Assembly: GCA_045612805.1 (NCBI GenBank)
Contig: JAZKZR010000010.1
Span: 67,136-131,135, forward strand
Direction: 5' to 3'
Length of the DNA stretch: 64,000 nucleotides
Origin: Candidatus Enterousia sp.
GTDB lineage: Bacteria; Pseudomonadota; Alphaproteobacteria; Rs-D84
Shown: piece after piece, positions 45,832-54,942 of the stretch
How positions within the stretch are numbered: position 1 is the first letter of the stretch
Layout: every line of letters begins with the position of its first letter
Notes under the pieces: generated by a model
Seen by the model: the letters and a program-made list of their open reading frames with translations, nothing else
Told to the model about the DNA's origin: nothing
Database searches by the model: none
Position numbers and translations under genes: made by a program

Positions 45832-46113
45832 ATGGCATTCACATTCTTGAAGACTGCGGCAAAGAAACCTGCTGCGAAAAAAACTGTTGCGGCTAAAAAG
45901 CCTGCGGCAAAGAAACCTGCTGCGAAAAAACCTGCGGCGAAAAAGCCGGCTGTGAAGAAAGTTGCGGCAAAGAAACCGGTTGCAAAAAAGACCGTTGCAA
46001 AGAAACCAGCGGCGAAAAAAGTTGCTGTGAAAAAAGTTGCGGCGAAAAAACCGGTTGCAAAAAAGACCGTTGCGAAAAAACCTTGCGCAAAAAAATGCGT
46101 TAAGAAAAAATAA
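45832..46113 (+). CDS. Histone H1-like lysine/alanine-rich DNA-binding protein (KKPAAKK repeats)
   Basis: 93 aa with about 16 tandem AAKKP(A/V) heptad-like repeats (codon-level repeats gcgaaaaaacctgc...). Strong RBS gaaaggagagatgaatg and its own terminator. Confidence 0.7.
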   Translation: MAFTFLKTAAKKPAAKKTVAAKKPAAKKPAAKKPAAKKPAVKKVAAKKPVAKKTVAKKPAAKKVAVKKVAAKKPVAKKTVAKKPCAKKCVKKK

Positions 46114-46127
46114 TTTTTCGCTAAATC

Positions 46128-46160
46128 TATAAAATGCCCGCAAGTGCGGGCATTTTTAAT
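46128..46160 (+). terminator. Rho-independent terminator after the H1-like gene
   Basis: aaaatgcccgcaagtgcgggcatttttaat. Confidence 0.75.
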
Positions 46161-46334
46161 TCGTAAAATTTTTCAGTCAGATTTGATCGGTCTGACTGAA
46201 TTTTTTTACTTGGATAATCCGGTATTCCGGACCCGTTTAATTTTGTTCTTTGGCGCATACGTGCATAACCAGAAAACAATTTTTGGTTCGGTGAATTTTT
46301 TCATCATGTATAACGTTTAACAAAAGGAATAATA

Positions 46335-47153
46335 ATGTCTGTTTCCATAGATCAAGTATTTGTGAAACAATTCGAAGCCGATGTCCATTTGGCTTATCAA
46401 CAGATGGGCACCAAATTGCGTTCAACCGTGCGCAGCAAATCCGGTGTTGTTGGCAAATCTACAACATTTCAAAAAATCGGTAAAGGCACCGCCAGTACAA
46501 AATCCCGTCATGGAATTGTGCCGGTTATGAATCTGAATCATGAACCTGTGGAATGCAATTTGCAAGATTACTATGCGGGTGATTGGGTTGATGCGTTGGA
46601 TGAATTAAAGGTCAATATTGATGAGCGCCGTGTCGTTGCGTCCGCGGGTGCGTATGCATTGGGGCGTAAAACTGATGAATTGATTATCAATGCGATGACC
46701 GCAACAACCCAGAATTCTGGTGATTATTCGACAGGCCTGACCAAGGCGATTGTTTTGGGTGCATTGGAAAAATTAAATGAAAATGATGTACCGGATGATG
46801 GTCGCCGTTTTGCGGTTGTTGGTGTAAAACAATGGAACGAATTGCTTGCCATTGATGAATTTTCATCCGCGGAATATGTTGGGGATGATTTGCCATTTAT
46901 TAACGGTGGTGAAGTCAAAAGATGGCTTGGCATTACATGGTTGATGCACAACGGTTTGCCGTTGTCTTCGTCAACGCATCGCGATTGCTTTATCTATCAT
47001 GCATCTTGCATTGGTCATGCGTGTGGGCAAGAAGTGAAAACCGATATTTCGTGGCACGGTGAACGTGCGGCGCACTTTATTAGCAACAGTATGTCCCAAG
47101 GCGCGGTGCTGATTGATAACAGTGGAATTGTCCGTCTTAAGTGCGGCGAATAA
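46335..47153 (+). CDS. Phage major capsid protein (T7 gp10-like)
   Basis: 272 aa. Segment-by-segment resemblance to T7 gp10A recalled from memory: QFEADVHLAYQQ...RSKSG..GKSTTFQKIG versus FGGEVLTAFARTS...SISSGKSAQFPVLG. The C-terminal GQEVKTDIS...AVLIDNSGIV resembles T7 AVGTVKLRD...AAGAVVF. RBS aaaggaataataatg. Confidence 0.65.
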   Translation: MSVSIDQVFVKQFEADVHLAYQQMGTKLRSTVRSKSGVVGKSTTFQKIGKGTASTKSRHGIVPVMNLNHEPVECNLQDYYAGDWVDALDELKVNIDERRVVASAGAYALGRKTDELIINAMTATTQNSGDYSTGLTKAIVLGALEKLNENDVPDDGRRFAVVGVKQWNELLAIDEFSSAEYVGDDLPFINGGEVKRWLGITWLMHNGLPLSSSTHRDCFIYHASCIGHACGQEVKTDISWHGERAAHFISNSMSQGAVLIDNSGIVRLKCGE

Positions 47154-47177
47154 CATCAATAACCAAGAGGAAAAACA

Positions 47178-47411
47178 ATGGCTTTTCAAAACAAAAATTT
47201 GTCGGTAATTGCATATGCAAATGGGTTCACGTTGTGGCACTATGTTGAAAGCGCAACATTGGCAACAATCACGGCAAGCGGTTATTTCGATGCGGTGGCA
47301 ACACTTATGAACAATGGTGATATTGTTATTATCAATGGTTCGGACAAAACATCGATAAAGAAAATCGCGGTTAGTGATGCCGGCGTTGTGACGACCGCCA
47401 CATTGGACTAA
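47178..47411 (+). CDS. Small phage structural-module protein (77 aa), function unknown
   Basis: RBS agaggaaaaacaatg. Located between the capsid and gp11-like genes. Confidence 0.4.
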   Translation: MAFQNKNLSVIAYANGFTLWHYVESATLATITASGYFDAVATLMNNGDIVIINGSDKTSIKKIAVSDAGVVTTATLD

Positions 47412-47488
47412 GGTTGATTATTGTTTGCAAAAATATAGGGCCGATTCTTTTCGGCCCTTTTTTCAATTTTTTAGAATAGGGGAAAATA

Positions 47489-48007
47489 ATGCTAACGAAA
47501 ATAGATTTGTGTTCTATGGCATTGTTGAAATTGGGTGAAAATCCGATTCAATCTTTGTCAGATGATACCGCGGCGGCAAAACTGGGACGAACGCTTGTTG
47601 ACTTTGTCATAGACACATTATTGGCAATGCATCCGTGGCGGTTTGCGTGTCGCACATATAATATCATACGTAACGAAAACGGAGATTTTATTATACCATC
47701 GGATGTGTTAAGGGTTATAAAAACCAACGGTAAAATTATCGGAAATCAAATTATATCCAATACAGATACCTTAAACCTGGTGGCCATAGTTCGTGTGACA
47801 CCGGATGTTTTCCCAAGTTATTTCGCATCACTTGTCGCGACAAAACTTGCGGTGGAATTTTGTATGCCGCTTATTTCCGATCAAACGGTATTCAGAACAT
47901 TGGTTGCACTTTATGAAAACGAATTACAAACCGCAAAATTTATAGACAGCACAACATCGGTGAATACGGGGATAGAAAATTTTTCATTGATAGATAGTCG
48001 TTTTTAA
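47489..48007 (+). CDS. Phage tail tubular protein A (T7 gp11-like)
   Basis: 172 aa. N-terminal ...LCSMALLKLGENPIQSLSDDTAAAKLGRTL...HPWRF parallels T7 gp11 ...[34 protein letters not shown]...RGWTF, recalled from memory. Confidence 0.55.
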   Translation: MLTKIDLCSMALLKLGENPIQSLSDDTAAAKLGRTLVDFVIDTLLAMHPWRFACRTYNIIRNENGDFIIPSDVLRVIKTNGKIIGNQIISNTDTLNLVAIVRVTPDVFPSYFASLVATKLAVEFCMPLISDQTVFRTLVALYENELQTAKFIDSTTSVNTGIENFSLIDSRF

Positions 48008-48028
48008 CAAGCCAAAGGAGATTTTAAT

Positions 48029-49732
48029 ATGGGAAATTTTATAAAAACCGAGAAATCTTTTACTAATGGTGAAGTTTCAATAAACTTTTTTGAAAACGAT
48101 GATATCCAAGGCCTTAGGTTTATGGAAAATTTTGATGTGTGTGCGGGTGGTGGCCTTGTGCGGCGGCCTGGTCTAAAAAAATCCACACAATTGATTTCTG
48201 ATGCAAGATTGGTATCTTTTTCATTATCGGAATCCCAAGAATATATTTTGGCAATGATGAACGGACGCATAAGAATTTATGCGAACAATACTTTCGTGCA
48301 AGATGTATTAACACCATGGCCAAGTTCCGTGATTCCGAAATTACAATACACGCAACGTTTTGGCACAATGATATTTGTGCATCCAGATTACGCGCCAATG
48401 GTTTTATATTACGAAAATGGGCTTTTCAAAATTAAAAATTTCACTTTTTCAAAATCGCCGGATACCGGGAATTTGCAAATACCCTTTATGCGATTCGAAG
48501 ATTCCGAAGATGTCACAATAACCATAACAAATTCGGGTGGCATCACACATTTCATAGCAAGTGAAGATTTTTGGACCCAGAATAATGTTGGTGGGCATTT
48601 GTTTGCAATTGGAAAAAGTTGGTTGGTAAATTCGTATGTAAGTGCCACAGATATAACGGTAATATGCAACGGCACATATACAATACCGAATGACCCAATT
48701 TCAGATTGGCAAGAAGCCGCGTTTAGTCCACGTCGCGGTTGGCCATCATCGATAACTTTTCACCAAGATAGGTTGGTTTTTGGTGGTGCTAAATCATGGC
48801 CGGGTGGAATATGGTTGTCGCATGTTGGTGGGCACAGAAATTTTGACCCTGGGACCGGATTGGATGACGAAGCAATATTTTTCACACTATTGTCAGACCA
48901 CAGACAGCATGTTTGCACACTGGTCAGCAGTGATAATTTACAGATACTTACATCCGAAGGGGAATGGGCGGTTTCCAACAAACCACTTACCCCAGAATCA
49001 GTCGATATAAAAACGCATACATCGATTGGCAGCCCCGCGGACAGATATCTTGCGCCACAACAAATCGAAGGCAAAACTATATTCGTCGCAAAAAATAAAG
49101 AAATCCGACAACTGTGTCTTGATAGTTTGGGCGAAAATTACGATGCCAACAATTTATGTGCATTTGCCGAACATTTGATAACGAACCCCGTCGATATTTC
49201 TTACAATAAAAACAATAAAAAACTTTTTGTTGTTATGTCTGATGGAAATATGGCGGTATTGAATTATGACACATCGCACGGAATATCTGCTTGGGGACGA
49301 TACACAACGGATGGAAAGTTTACATCAACCACAACGTACGATGACAAAACATTTGTCGTTGTAAAACGTGGTGACGATTTTTTCCTTGAATATTTTGATG
49401 ATTCAGAATTCGTTGATGCAGATAGTCACACATACACCGCGACGGCATACGGATTACCACTTTTAACATCGGGACATAATGCAAAATATATCAGAATCAC
49501 AAAAATAACAGTTCGCGTTTATAATACCAAGACATTATTCATAAACGATGAACGGGTGGTTTTGCCAAACGATGTTTATTCCGATGATTCGGTCGGGTTC
49601 AGTGGTGATGCATCTATAAATGTATTGGGAACAAGTGCAGATTTAATTGATGCGCCATGGAAAATTTCTACGACAGACAATTTGCCATTAAAAATATTGT
49701 CGGTGACAATATACGGAAGATATCAAATATAA
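48029..49732 (+). CDS. Phage tail tubular protein B (T7 gp12-like), shortened
   Basis: 567 aa. ITFHQDRLVFGG...LQILTSEGEWAVSNKPLTPESVDIKT resembles T7 gp12 VFFFRNRLGFLSG...LLIWSDEAQFVLTASGTLTSKSVELNLTT, recalled from memory. Confidence 0.5.
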   Translation: MGNFIKTEKSFTNGEVSINFFENDDIQGLRFMENFDVCAGGGLVRRPGLKKSTQLISDARLVSFSLSESQEYILAMMNGRIRIYANNTFVQDVLTPWPSSVIPKLQYTQRFGTMIFVHPDYAPMVLYYENGLFKIKNFTFSKSPDTGNLQIPFMRFEDSEDVTITITNSGGITHFIASEDFWTQNNVGGHLFAIGKSWLVNSYVSATDITVICNGTYTIPNDPISDWQEAAFSPRRGWPSSITFHQDRLVFGGAKSWPGGIWLSHVGGHRNFDPGTGLDDEAIFFTLLSDHRQHVCTLVSSDNLQILTSEGEWAVSNKPLTPESVDIKTHTSIGSPADRYLAPQQIEGKTIFVAKNKEIRQLCLDSLGENYDANNLCAFAEHLITNPVDISYNKNNKKLFVVMSDGNMAVLNYDTSHGISAWGRYTTDGKFTSTTTYDDKTFVVVKRGDDFFLEYFDDSEFVDADSHTYTATAYGLPLLTSGHNAKYIRITKITVRVYNTKTLFINDERVVLPNDVYSDDSVGFSGDASINVLGTSADLIDAPWKISTTDNLPLKILSVTIYGRYQI

Positions 49733-49751
49733 ACGAACAAGAGGTATAAAA

Positions 49752-50096
49752 ATGGGACAAATTATTTCAGATGTTACAGATATTTTGAATTATAAAGAAA
49801 ATAAAAATGCGGCCGAAAAAAACAAAAAAAAGATTTTATCAGATATTGCATCGGACGAAGTAGAAAAACAAAACATTGTGAAAAAAGTGCTTGCCATGCA
49901 ACGCGCAAAATACGGCGCATCCGGCATGTCGGCCAATGGAATAACGGAAAAAAATGTTATGCACAGGTTGCAACAGGAAATCGAAACCCCGTATGACAAT
50001 AAAATAAAAACAAACATGGCAAAATTAAATAGTATCGGCGTAAAAAAGAAAAATATGCTGACATCAATTTTGGAACACCTGGATAAACTGGTTTGA
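49752..50096 (+). CDS. Hypothetical phage protein (114 aa); position suggests terminase small subunit
   Basis: RBS aagaggtataaaaatg. Lys-rich and helical. Sits immediately upstream of the terminase large-subunit fragment. Confidence 0.3.
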   Translation: MGQIISDVTDILNYKENKNAAEKNKKKILSDIASDEVEKQNIVKKVLAMQRAKYGASGMSANGITEKNVMHRLQQEIETPYDNKIKTNMAKLNSIGVKKKNMLTSILEHLDKLV

Positions 50097-50695
50097 AAAC
50101 CATGAATCAATACAATGAATTTTTGGATTCTTGGAATCATGTATTGGGATATGAAACGCCGGCGCATCACCGTGATATGATGAATTTTTTAACAAGTGTA
50201 ATCACCGGCGATTCGCACCGGGGGTTGCTTATGGCGTTCCGTCATTCAGGCAAATCAACAATTGTCGGAATTTTTGCCGCGTGTGTATTATATCGGCGAC
50301 CCGAAACACGGATTTTGATTTTATCCGCGGAAACACATTTGGCAACAAGGATGGTTATGCATATTCGCAATGTTTTGGAAAATCATCCTTGGTGTGCGGA
50401 TATGATTCCAAAAAATAAACGCGAATGGGCGGAAAATAAAATAACCATAAACCGCCCCATCGGAATTCGTGAACCATCCGTTGTTTGCCAAGGCGTTTAT
50501 GGCAACATCACCGGTATGCGTGCGGATTTAATAATATGTGACGATGTCGAAGTTCCAAATACTTGTAATACAATAAAAAAACGGGCCGGTCTGCGCGACA
50601 GATTGCGCGAACTGGATTTTATCCTGTCACCAAATGGAACGATGATTTATATTGGAACGCCACACACACTGGATACAATATACCGAATATCTTAG
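50093..50695 (+). pseudogene. Terminase large subunit, N-terminal ATPase fragment (T7 gp19-like), terminated after motif C
   Basis: Walker A LLMAFRHSGKST, Walker B LIICDDVE, motif C IYIGTP, then a TAG stop. The nuclease domain is absent here and found at 54064-54927. Confidence 0.6.
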
Positions 50696-51345
50696 GCCGC
50701 ATCATGCGACGGCATAGAACTAAGCAACCCGTGTAAACGGTGCAACATCTTTTTGCCTTCATCACCAAACATTGGTAAATACGTTTCATATTCCGGCATG
50801 TCTACCTGCAGATTTGCGCGTGCGCGTTCGGTAATGGGTTTAGATAATACATCGTTCGCGTTGTCCCACATACGATAAGCCGTGGCCGCGCGAACAATAT
50901 CATCAAATTTTCGTAATGCTTCGGGATTGTTGAACAATGCGTTTTTGGACCGCGACACCCAATCGTCACCGAATTTTTTAATGATCGGATTCGCCATGAA
51001 TCGATTTATGCCATCAAGATCTGGGTTAAACGAATCAATTGCCGAAATCAATTGCTGTAATTCATCATCCGCCATGTCTGATGCATCCGCAGATTCATTC
51101 ATCATGCCACCATACGGCAACAATTCGCGCGCAATAGAATCCATTGGTGTTGTGCCGTCACGTAAATTTTTAATATGTTGAATCAACATTTTTCCGGTGG
51201 GTAAATCTTGCAATTCGTGCAAAATCTCATCGGTTGCTTCGTCAACAAAAACACGATTCACTGCGCGCCATCCACCGACGATAACATGCGCCTGGCGATA
51301 AAGATTCAAAAGTTTTTGTGCAATAACACTTGCCCTTGCTTTCAT
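50692..51345 (-). CDS. Hypothetical protein (217 aa) within the block inserted in the terminase gene
   Basis: ORF on the opposite strand to the phage structural genes. No domain recognised. Confidence 0.4.
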   Translation of the reverse strand: MKARASVIAQKLLNLYRQAHVIVGGWRAVNRVFVDEATDEILHELQDLPTGKMLIQHIKNLRDGTTPMDSIARELLPYGGMMNESADASDMADDELQQLISAIDSFNPDLDGINRFMANPIIKKFGDDWVSRSKNALFNNPEALRKFDDIVRAATAYRMWDNANDVLSKPITERARANLQVDMPEYETYLPMFGDEGKKMLHRLHGLLSSMPSHDAA

Positions 51346-51371
51346 CCCGATTATTCCCCCGCGGTGGTGTT

Positions 51372-52382
51372 TTATTCGGCCAAAATCATTATAACCTTGT
51401 GCATTGTCGGCGCAGAAATCTTTTCATCGGGCGAAACCATTTGACCATAAATTTTGCCCTTGGAATCTTTACGCACAACGGCGATATTGGCGGTTGTTTT
51501 TTCCTCGGACTTTAGCGAATTAAATTCCGCATCAACGAAAACAGCCAAATCACCCGGAACAACGTTTGCCTTTGCATCCGCAAAAACATATGATTTTTCC
51601 GGTATAAATCCGCCCAAGCGTTTAGAATTAGGAATGACCGCATATACATTACGACGACCTTCAAGATTTGCCGGTGCGGCAATCATTTTTGATTCAGACC
51701 GTACAAAACTCATAACCTTGCCATCGGGCCGCCCAAACACAGGAATCAATTTACGCCGCGCATTATCATAAAGTTTTGCACCGTACAAATGCCCATGCGT
51801 TTCATCAAAATCATTGGACGAATCACCTGGTACCAAAACGGCCTGAACACGTTCTTTGACCTTGTTCATCTGTTTGGTAAGTTCGCCAGATTTATAAAGT
51901 TCGGCAATTTTATCAAACAAACTTTCGACAGAATGTGCAAAAGATTTTGCCAAAGGTTCAATTTCGTTTTTATAAACCTCGCGTTGACCAACCTCTATCT
52001 TATGATACACCGAAAGTGTCATGCCGGCATCTTTGGCGGCCTGGGCAATTGTTTTGCCAGATTGTTGACGTATTTTGCGCAATCCGGTACCAAACACCTT
52101 AAGACCACCGTCTTCGTTATCATTCATACGACGGGTAATTTCATTTTGCCATTTTGACGCAACCTCGTCAGTGTCTTTGATGAAAATATCGGACAATTTG
52201 CACCCCAAGATGTTGCAGATATTCAATAACTGTTTCTGATTAAGGCGACGAACACCCTTTTCAATCTTGGAAACAGCGGACAGCGATAAATTCGAACGCC
52301 GTGCCAGTTCGGTCATTTTCATACCAGTGGCAAGACGTATATTACGAATATTATTCGGAAAAATGATTTCTTCTTGGGCCAT
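51372..52382 (-). CDS. XRE-family transcriptional regulator with tandem HTH domains and a C-terminal LexA/CI-like beta domain
   Basis: Start MAQEEIIF with canonical RBS aaggag(6)atg. Two HTH_XRE-like segments (IRNIRLATGMKMTELARRSNLSLSAVSKIEKG; LRKIRQQSGKTIAQAAKDAGMTLSVYHKIEVG). The C-terminal domain is CI/S24-like but has no clear Ser-Lys dyad. Confidence 0.55.
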   Translation of the reverse strand: MAQEEIIFPNNIRNIRLATGMKMTELARRSNLSLSAVSKIEKGVRRLNQKQLLNICNILGCKLSDIFIKDTDEVASKWQNEITRRMNDNEDGGLKVFGTGLRKIRQQSGKTIAQAAKDAGMTLSVYHKIEVGQREVYKNEIEPLAKSFAHSVESLFDKIAELYKSGELTKQMNKVKERVQAVLVPGDSSNDFDETHGHLYGAKLYDNARRKLIPVFGRPDGKVMSFVRSESKMIAAPANLEGRRNVYAVIPNSKRLGGFIPEKSYVFADAKANVVPGDLAVFVDAEFNSLKSEEKTTANIAVVRKDSKGKIYGQMVSPDEKISAPTMHKVIMILAE

Positions 52383-52447
52383 AAAAAACTCCTTGGGTAA
52401 ATCTTGACAAAATGATAAGCGATTTTTTGAATTATGGCAAGGAAAAA

Positions 52448-52540
52448 GTGATAGAGTGTTAGTGGTTAGTCGTTTCTGGAATAAATTCGCAATTACAAGA
52501 TAATTCCAGAAATTACTAACCACTAACACTAGCCACTATT
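52448..52540. repeat. Palindromic intergenic element family 2 copy (with nested ttctggaat...attccagaa inverted repeat)
   Basis: gagtgttagtggttagtcg ... ctaaccactaacactagccacta arms flank a tctggaataaattcgcaattacaagataattccaga core. Lies between the regulator start and the dnaB stop. Confidence 0.7.
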
Positions 52541-54089
52541 ATTCGAATTCATCTGGAATTTCATCAATATCAATCGACATTGGGGCGTCGACCGGTTCGG
52601 CAACTGGCGGCATATCCGGTGCAAATTCTACACCGCGTCCCGCCATTTCGCCAAGGTTGTCGAACAAACTATATTCCGCCAAGAATGCGACCGTGACCGT
52701 ATCCGTTCGGCCGTGACGGTTCTTGCCAATGATAATGTCCGCCTTGCCCTTGGCCTTTTCAAGCCGGTTTTGCCACGAATCGACGGACTTTTCACTTGGC
52801 GTATTTGAAAGTCGCCGTGACGGGTCACGATTTTGCAGATAGTATTCTTCACGATATGTGAACATAACAATGTCGGCGTCTTGTTCAATTGAACCTGATT
52901 CACGCAAATCGGCAAGTTGTGGCCGTTTATCATCACGATTTTCAACACTGCGCGACAATTGCGACAGGGCGATAACCGGGACATTAAATTCCTTGGCCAT
53001 CATTTTAAGGCCACGCGTGATTTCGGACAATTCTTGAACACGATTGTCGCTGCGTTTCCCGCCCGGCAAAGTCAGTAATTGCAAATAATCGATAACGATA
53101 AGTGCAATGCCATTATATTTCCGCGCAAGACGCCGCACCCGCGTGCGAATCATCGGCAAAGACATGCCAGGCGTATCATCAATGAACAACGGAATCCGCC
53201 CGATTGCATCTGAAAACTGGGCCATTTTAAGGAAATCTTCATCCGTTAGTGAACCTTCACGCATTGCGGAAGACGGAATTCGTGCCTGGGAAGCCAAAAC
53301 GCGCGCCGCCAATTCAGACGCACCCATTTCAAGACTAAAAAACGCGACCGCGCCCTTATATTGTTCGTTCGCGCGACTGGAATAAATCGCATTCGCGGCA
53401 TTGAACGCGATATTCATGGCAAGCGTGGTTTTACCCATACCCGGACGACCCGCGATAATAAGCAAATTTGATTTATGCAAACCACTTATTGCGCGGTCCA
53501 AATCGGTAAGTCCCGTGGTAAGTCCCGAAAGTTTTCCGTCCGCCTTGTATGCAATTTCCGCCTCACTCAGGGCATCTTTTAACGCGTTTGCAATCGGCAC
53601 GACATCGCGTGACGCATCGCCGGTCATTGCCAAATTGAACAATTTTTGTTCGGCGGATTCAATCTGTGACGACACCGGGTTATCAAGGTCTTCGACAAAC
53701 GCGGCATCGGTGACCGATTGCCCAAAATCGATAAGTTCGCGCCGCACCGCGTTTTCATGAACGATTCGACCGTATTGTTCGACATTTACAACGGTTGCGC
53801 CGGCACTTGCCAACTGGGTCAAATATTCAACGCCACCAACAGATTCCAATGTCCCTTGCTGGTCCAAATAGTTTTTTGCGGTGATTATATCAAACGGAAT
53901 TCCGGCGGCAAATTGGCGCAGGGCAAGTTTATAAATTTCTTGGTGCGCGGGATGCGAAAAATCTTCCGGTCGCAAAAATTCGGAAATTTTTTCAAGTGCC
54001 CGATTCTTCATTAAAACCGCGGCAAGAACGGCCTGTTCGGCCTCTAAATTCGTTGGCAAAGTTTTGGGAGTAAAGTCCATGTCAAACAT
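52539..54089 (-). CDS. dnaB: Replicative DNA helicase DnaB
   Basis: 516 aa. N-terminal domain LEAEQAVLAAVLM. Walker A GRPGMGKTT, SLEMG, Walker B LIVIDYLQL, arginine finger region IIGKNRHG. Acidic C-terminal tail. Confidence 0.85.
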   Translation of the reverse strand: MFDMDFTPKTLPTNLEAEQAVLAAVLMKNRALEKISEFLRPEDFSHPAHQEIYKLALRQFAAGIPFDIITAKNYLDQQGTLESVGGVEYLTQLASAGATVVNVEQYGRIVHENAVRRELIDFGQSVTDAAFVEDLDNPVSSQIESAEQKLFNLAMTGDASRDVVPIANALKDALSEAEIAYKADGKLSGLTTGLTDLDRAISGLHKSNLLIIAGRPGMGKTTLAMNIAFNAANAIYSSRANEQYKGAVAFFSLEMGASELAARVLASQARIPSSAMREGSLTDEDFLKMAQFSDAIGRIPLFIDDTPGMSLPMIRTRVRRLARKYNGIALIVIDYLQLLTLPGGKRSDNRVQELSEITRGLKMMAKEFNVPVIALSQLSRSVENRDDKRPQLADLRESGSIEQDADIVMFTYREEYYLQNRDPSRRLSNTPSEKSVDSWQNRLEKAKGKADIIIGKNRHGRTDTVTVAFLAEYSLFDNLGEMAGRGVEFAPDMPPVAEPVDAPMSIDIDEIPDEFE

Positions 54090-54927
54090 AGTATACGAAA
54101 AAAATGTTTTTTCAACGCCTTTTTTATCGGGTTATTCGGAATTGAAAATTCCAATAATTGACAGTGACGGAAACCCGGCGTGGCCGGCGGTTTTCCCAAT
54201 TGAAAAAATCGATAAAATCCGCAAAACCGTGGGCGAACGACATTTTTCGGCACAAATGATGTTGCAATATATCGCGCCCGATAAAATCCGCCTTGACCCG
54301 GGGGGAATAAAATTATATGACGCGGAATTTGATCCGCACGGGTGCCGAATTGACGAAATGCCAATAACCGGTGCGACAATATATTGGGATCCGTCGGGTG
54401 GGCGACGAAATTCGGATAACAGTGTTTGCGTGATTATTTATCGTGATGACCGAACGCATCGCGCGTTTATTCACGATATGATTTATTTGGTTGTCCCAGA
54501 CGAAGTTGAATATCCACTTGCATACCAATGTGAAAAGGTTTTGTCGTTTGTGCGCGCACACCGGCAAAGAACCCTTGCACTTGAAACAAACGGAATTGGT
54601 GCGGCGTTGCCGGAAATTATGCGTGAAACAATTGCGCGCGCGGGCTATGAAATACAAATCCGCCCGATAAGCAACAGCCACCGCAAAGAAGACCGAATCT
54701 TGGACGCAATCGAACCGTTGCTTACGACCGGGCGACTTTACGCGCATCGGCGCATAACGCAAACCCCGTTTATCTCGGAAATGTTGGCATGGACACCGAT
54801 TGGTGGCGGCGAACATGACGACGGATTGGACGCGGTTGCGGGGGCAATTTTATGTTCGCCCAGCCCCGTGCGTCCCATTGGAACAAACGTTCGCCCATTT
54901 ATCGCGAACACAGAATTCAAACTTTAA
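54064..54927 (+). pseudogene. Terminase large subunit, C-terminal nuclease-domain fragment (T7 gp19-like)
   Basis: IYWDPSGG...D.SVCVIIY (RNase-H-like nuclease Asp motif) and DDGLDAVAGAI (terminal Asp motif), parallel to T7 gp19 AGIDSQ... and NEALDCFVYALAA. In-frame continuation of the 50093-50695 fragment is impossible, because about 3.4 kb of opposite-strand genes intervene. Confidence 0.6.
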
Positions 54928-54942
54928 CCAAAAGGAAGAAAA

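Noticed and set aside
45802-46143. 113-aa minus-strand ORF (RFF/RRNFF repeats) overlapping the H1-like gene
   Set aside because: It is the antisense shadow of the KKPAAKK repeat gene. The plus-strand gene has a strong RBS and terminator, and the minus ORF has neither.
52539-54089. Intein or intron inside dnaB or the terminase gene, explaining the split terminase
   Set aside because: DnaB is of normal length with contiguous motifs. The sequence between the terminase fragments is three conventional opposite-strand protein genes, not a self-splicing element.
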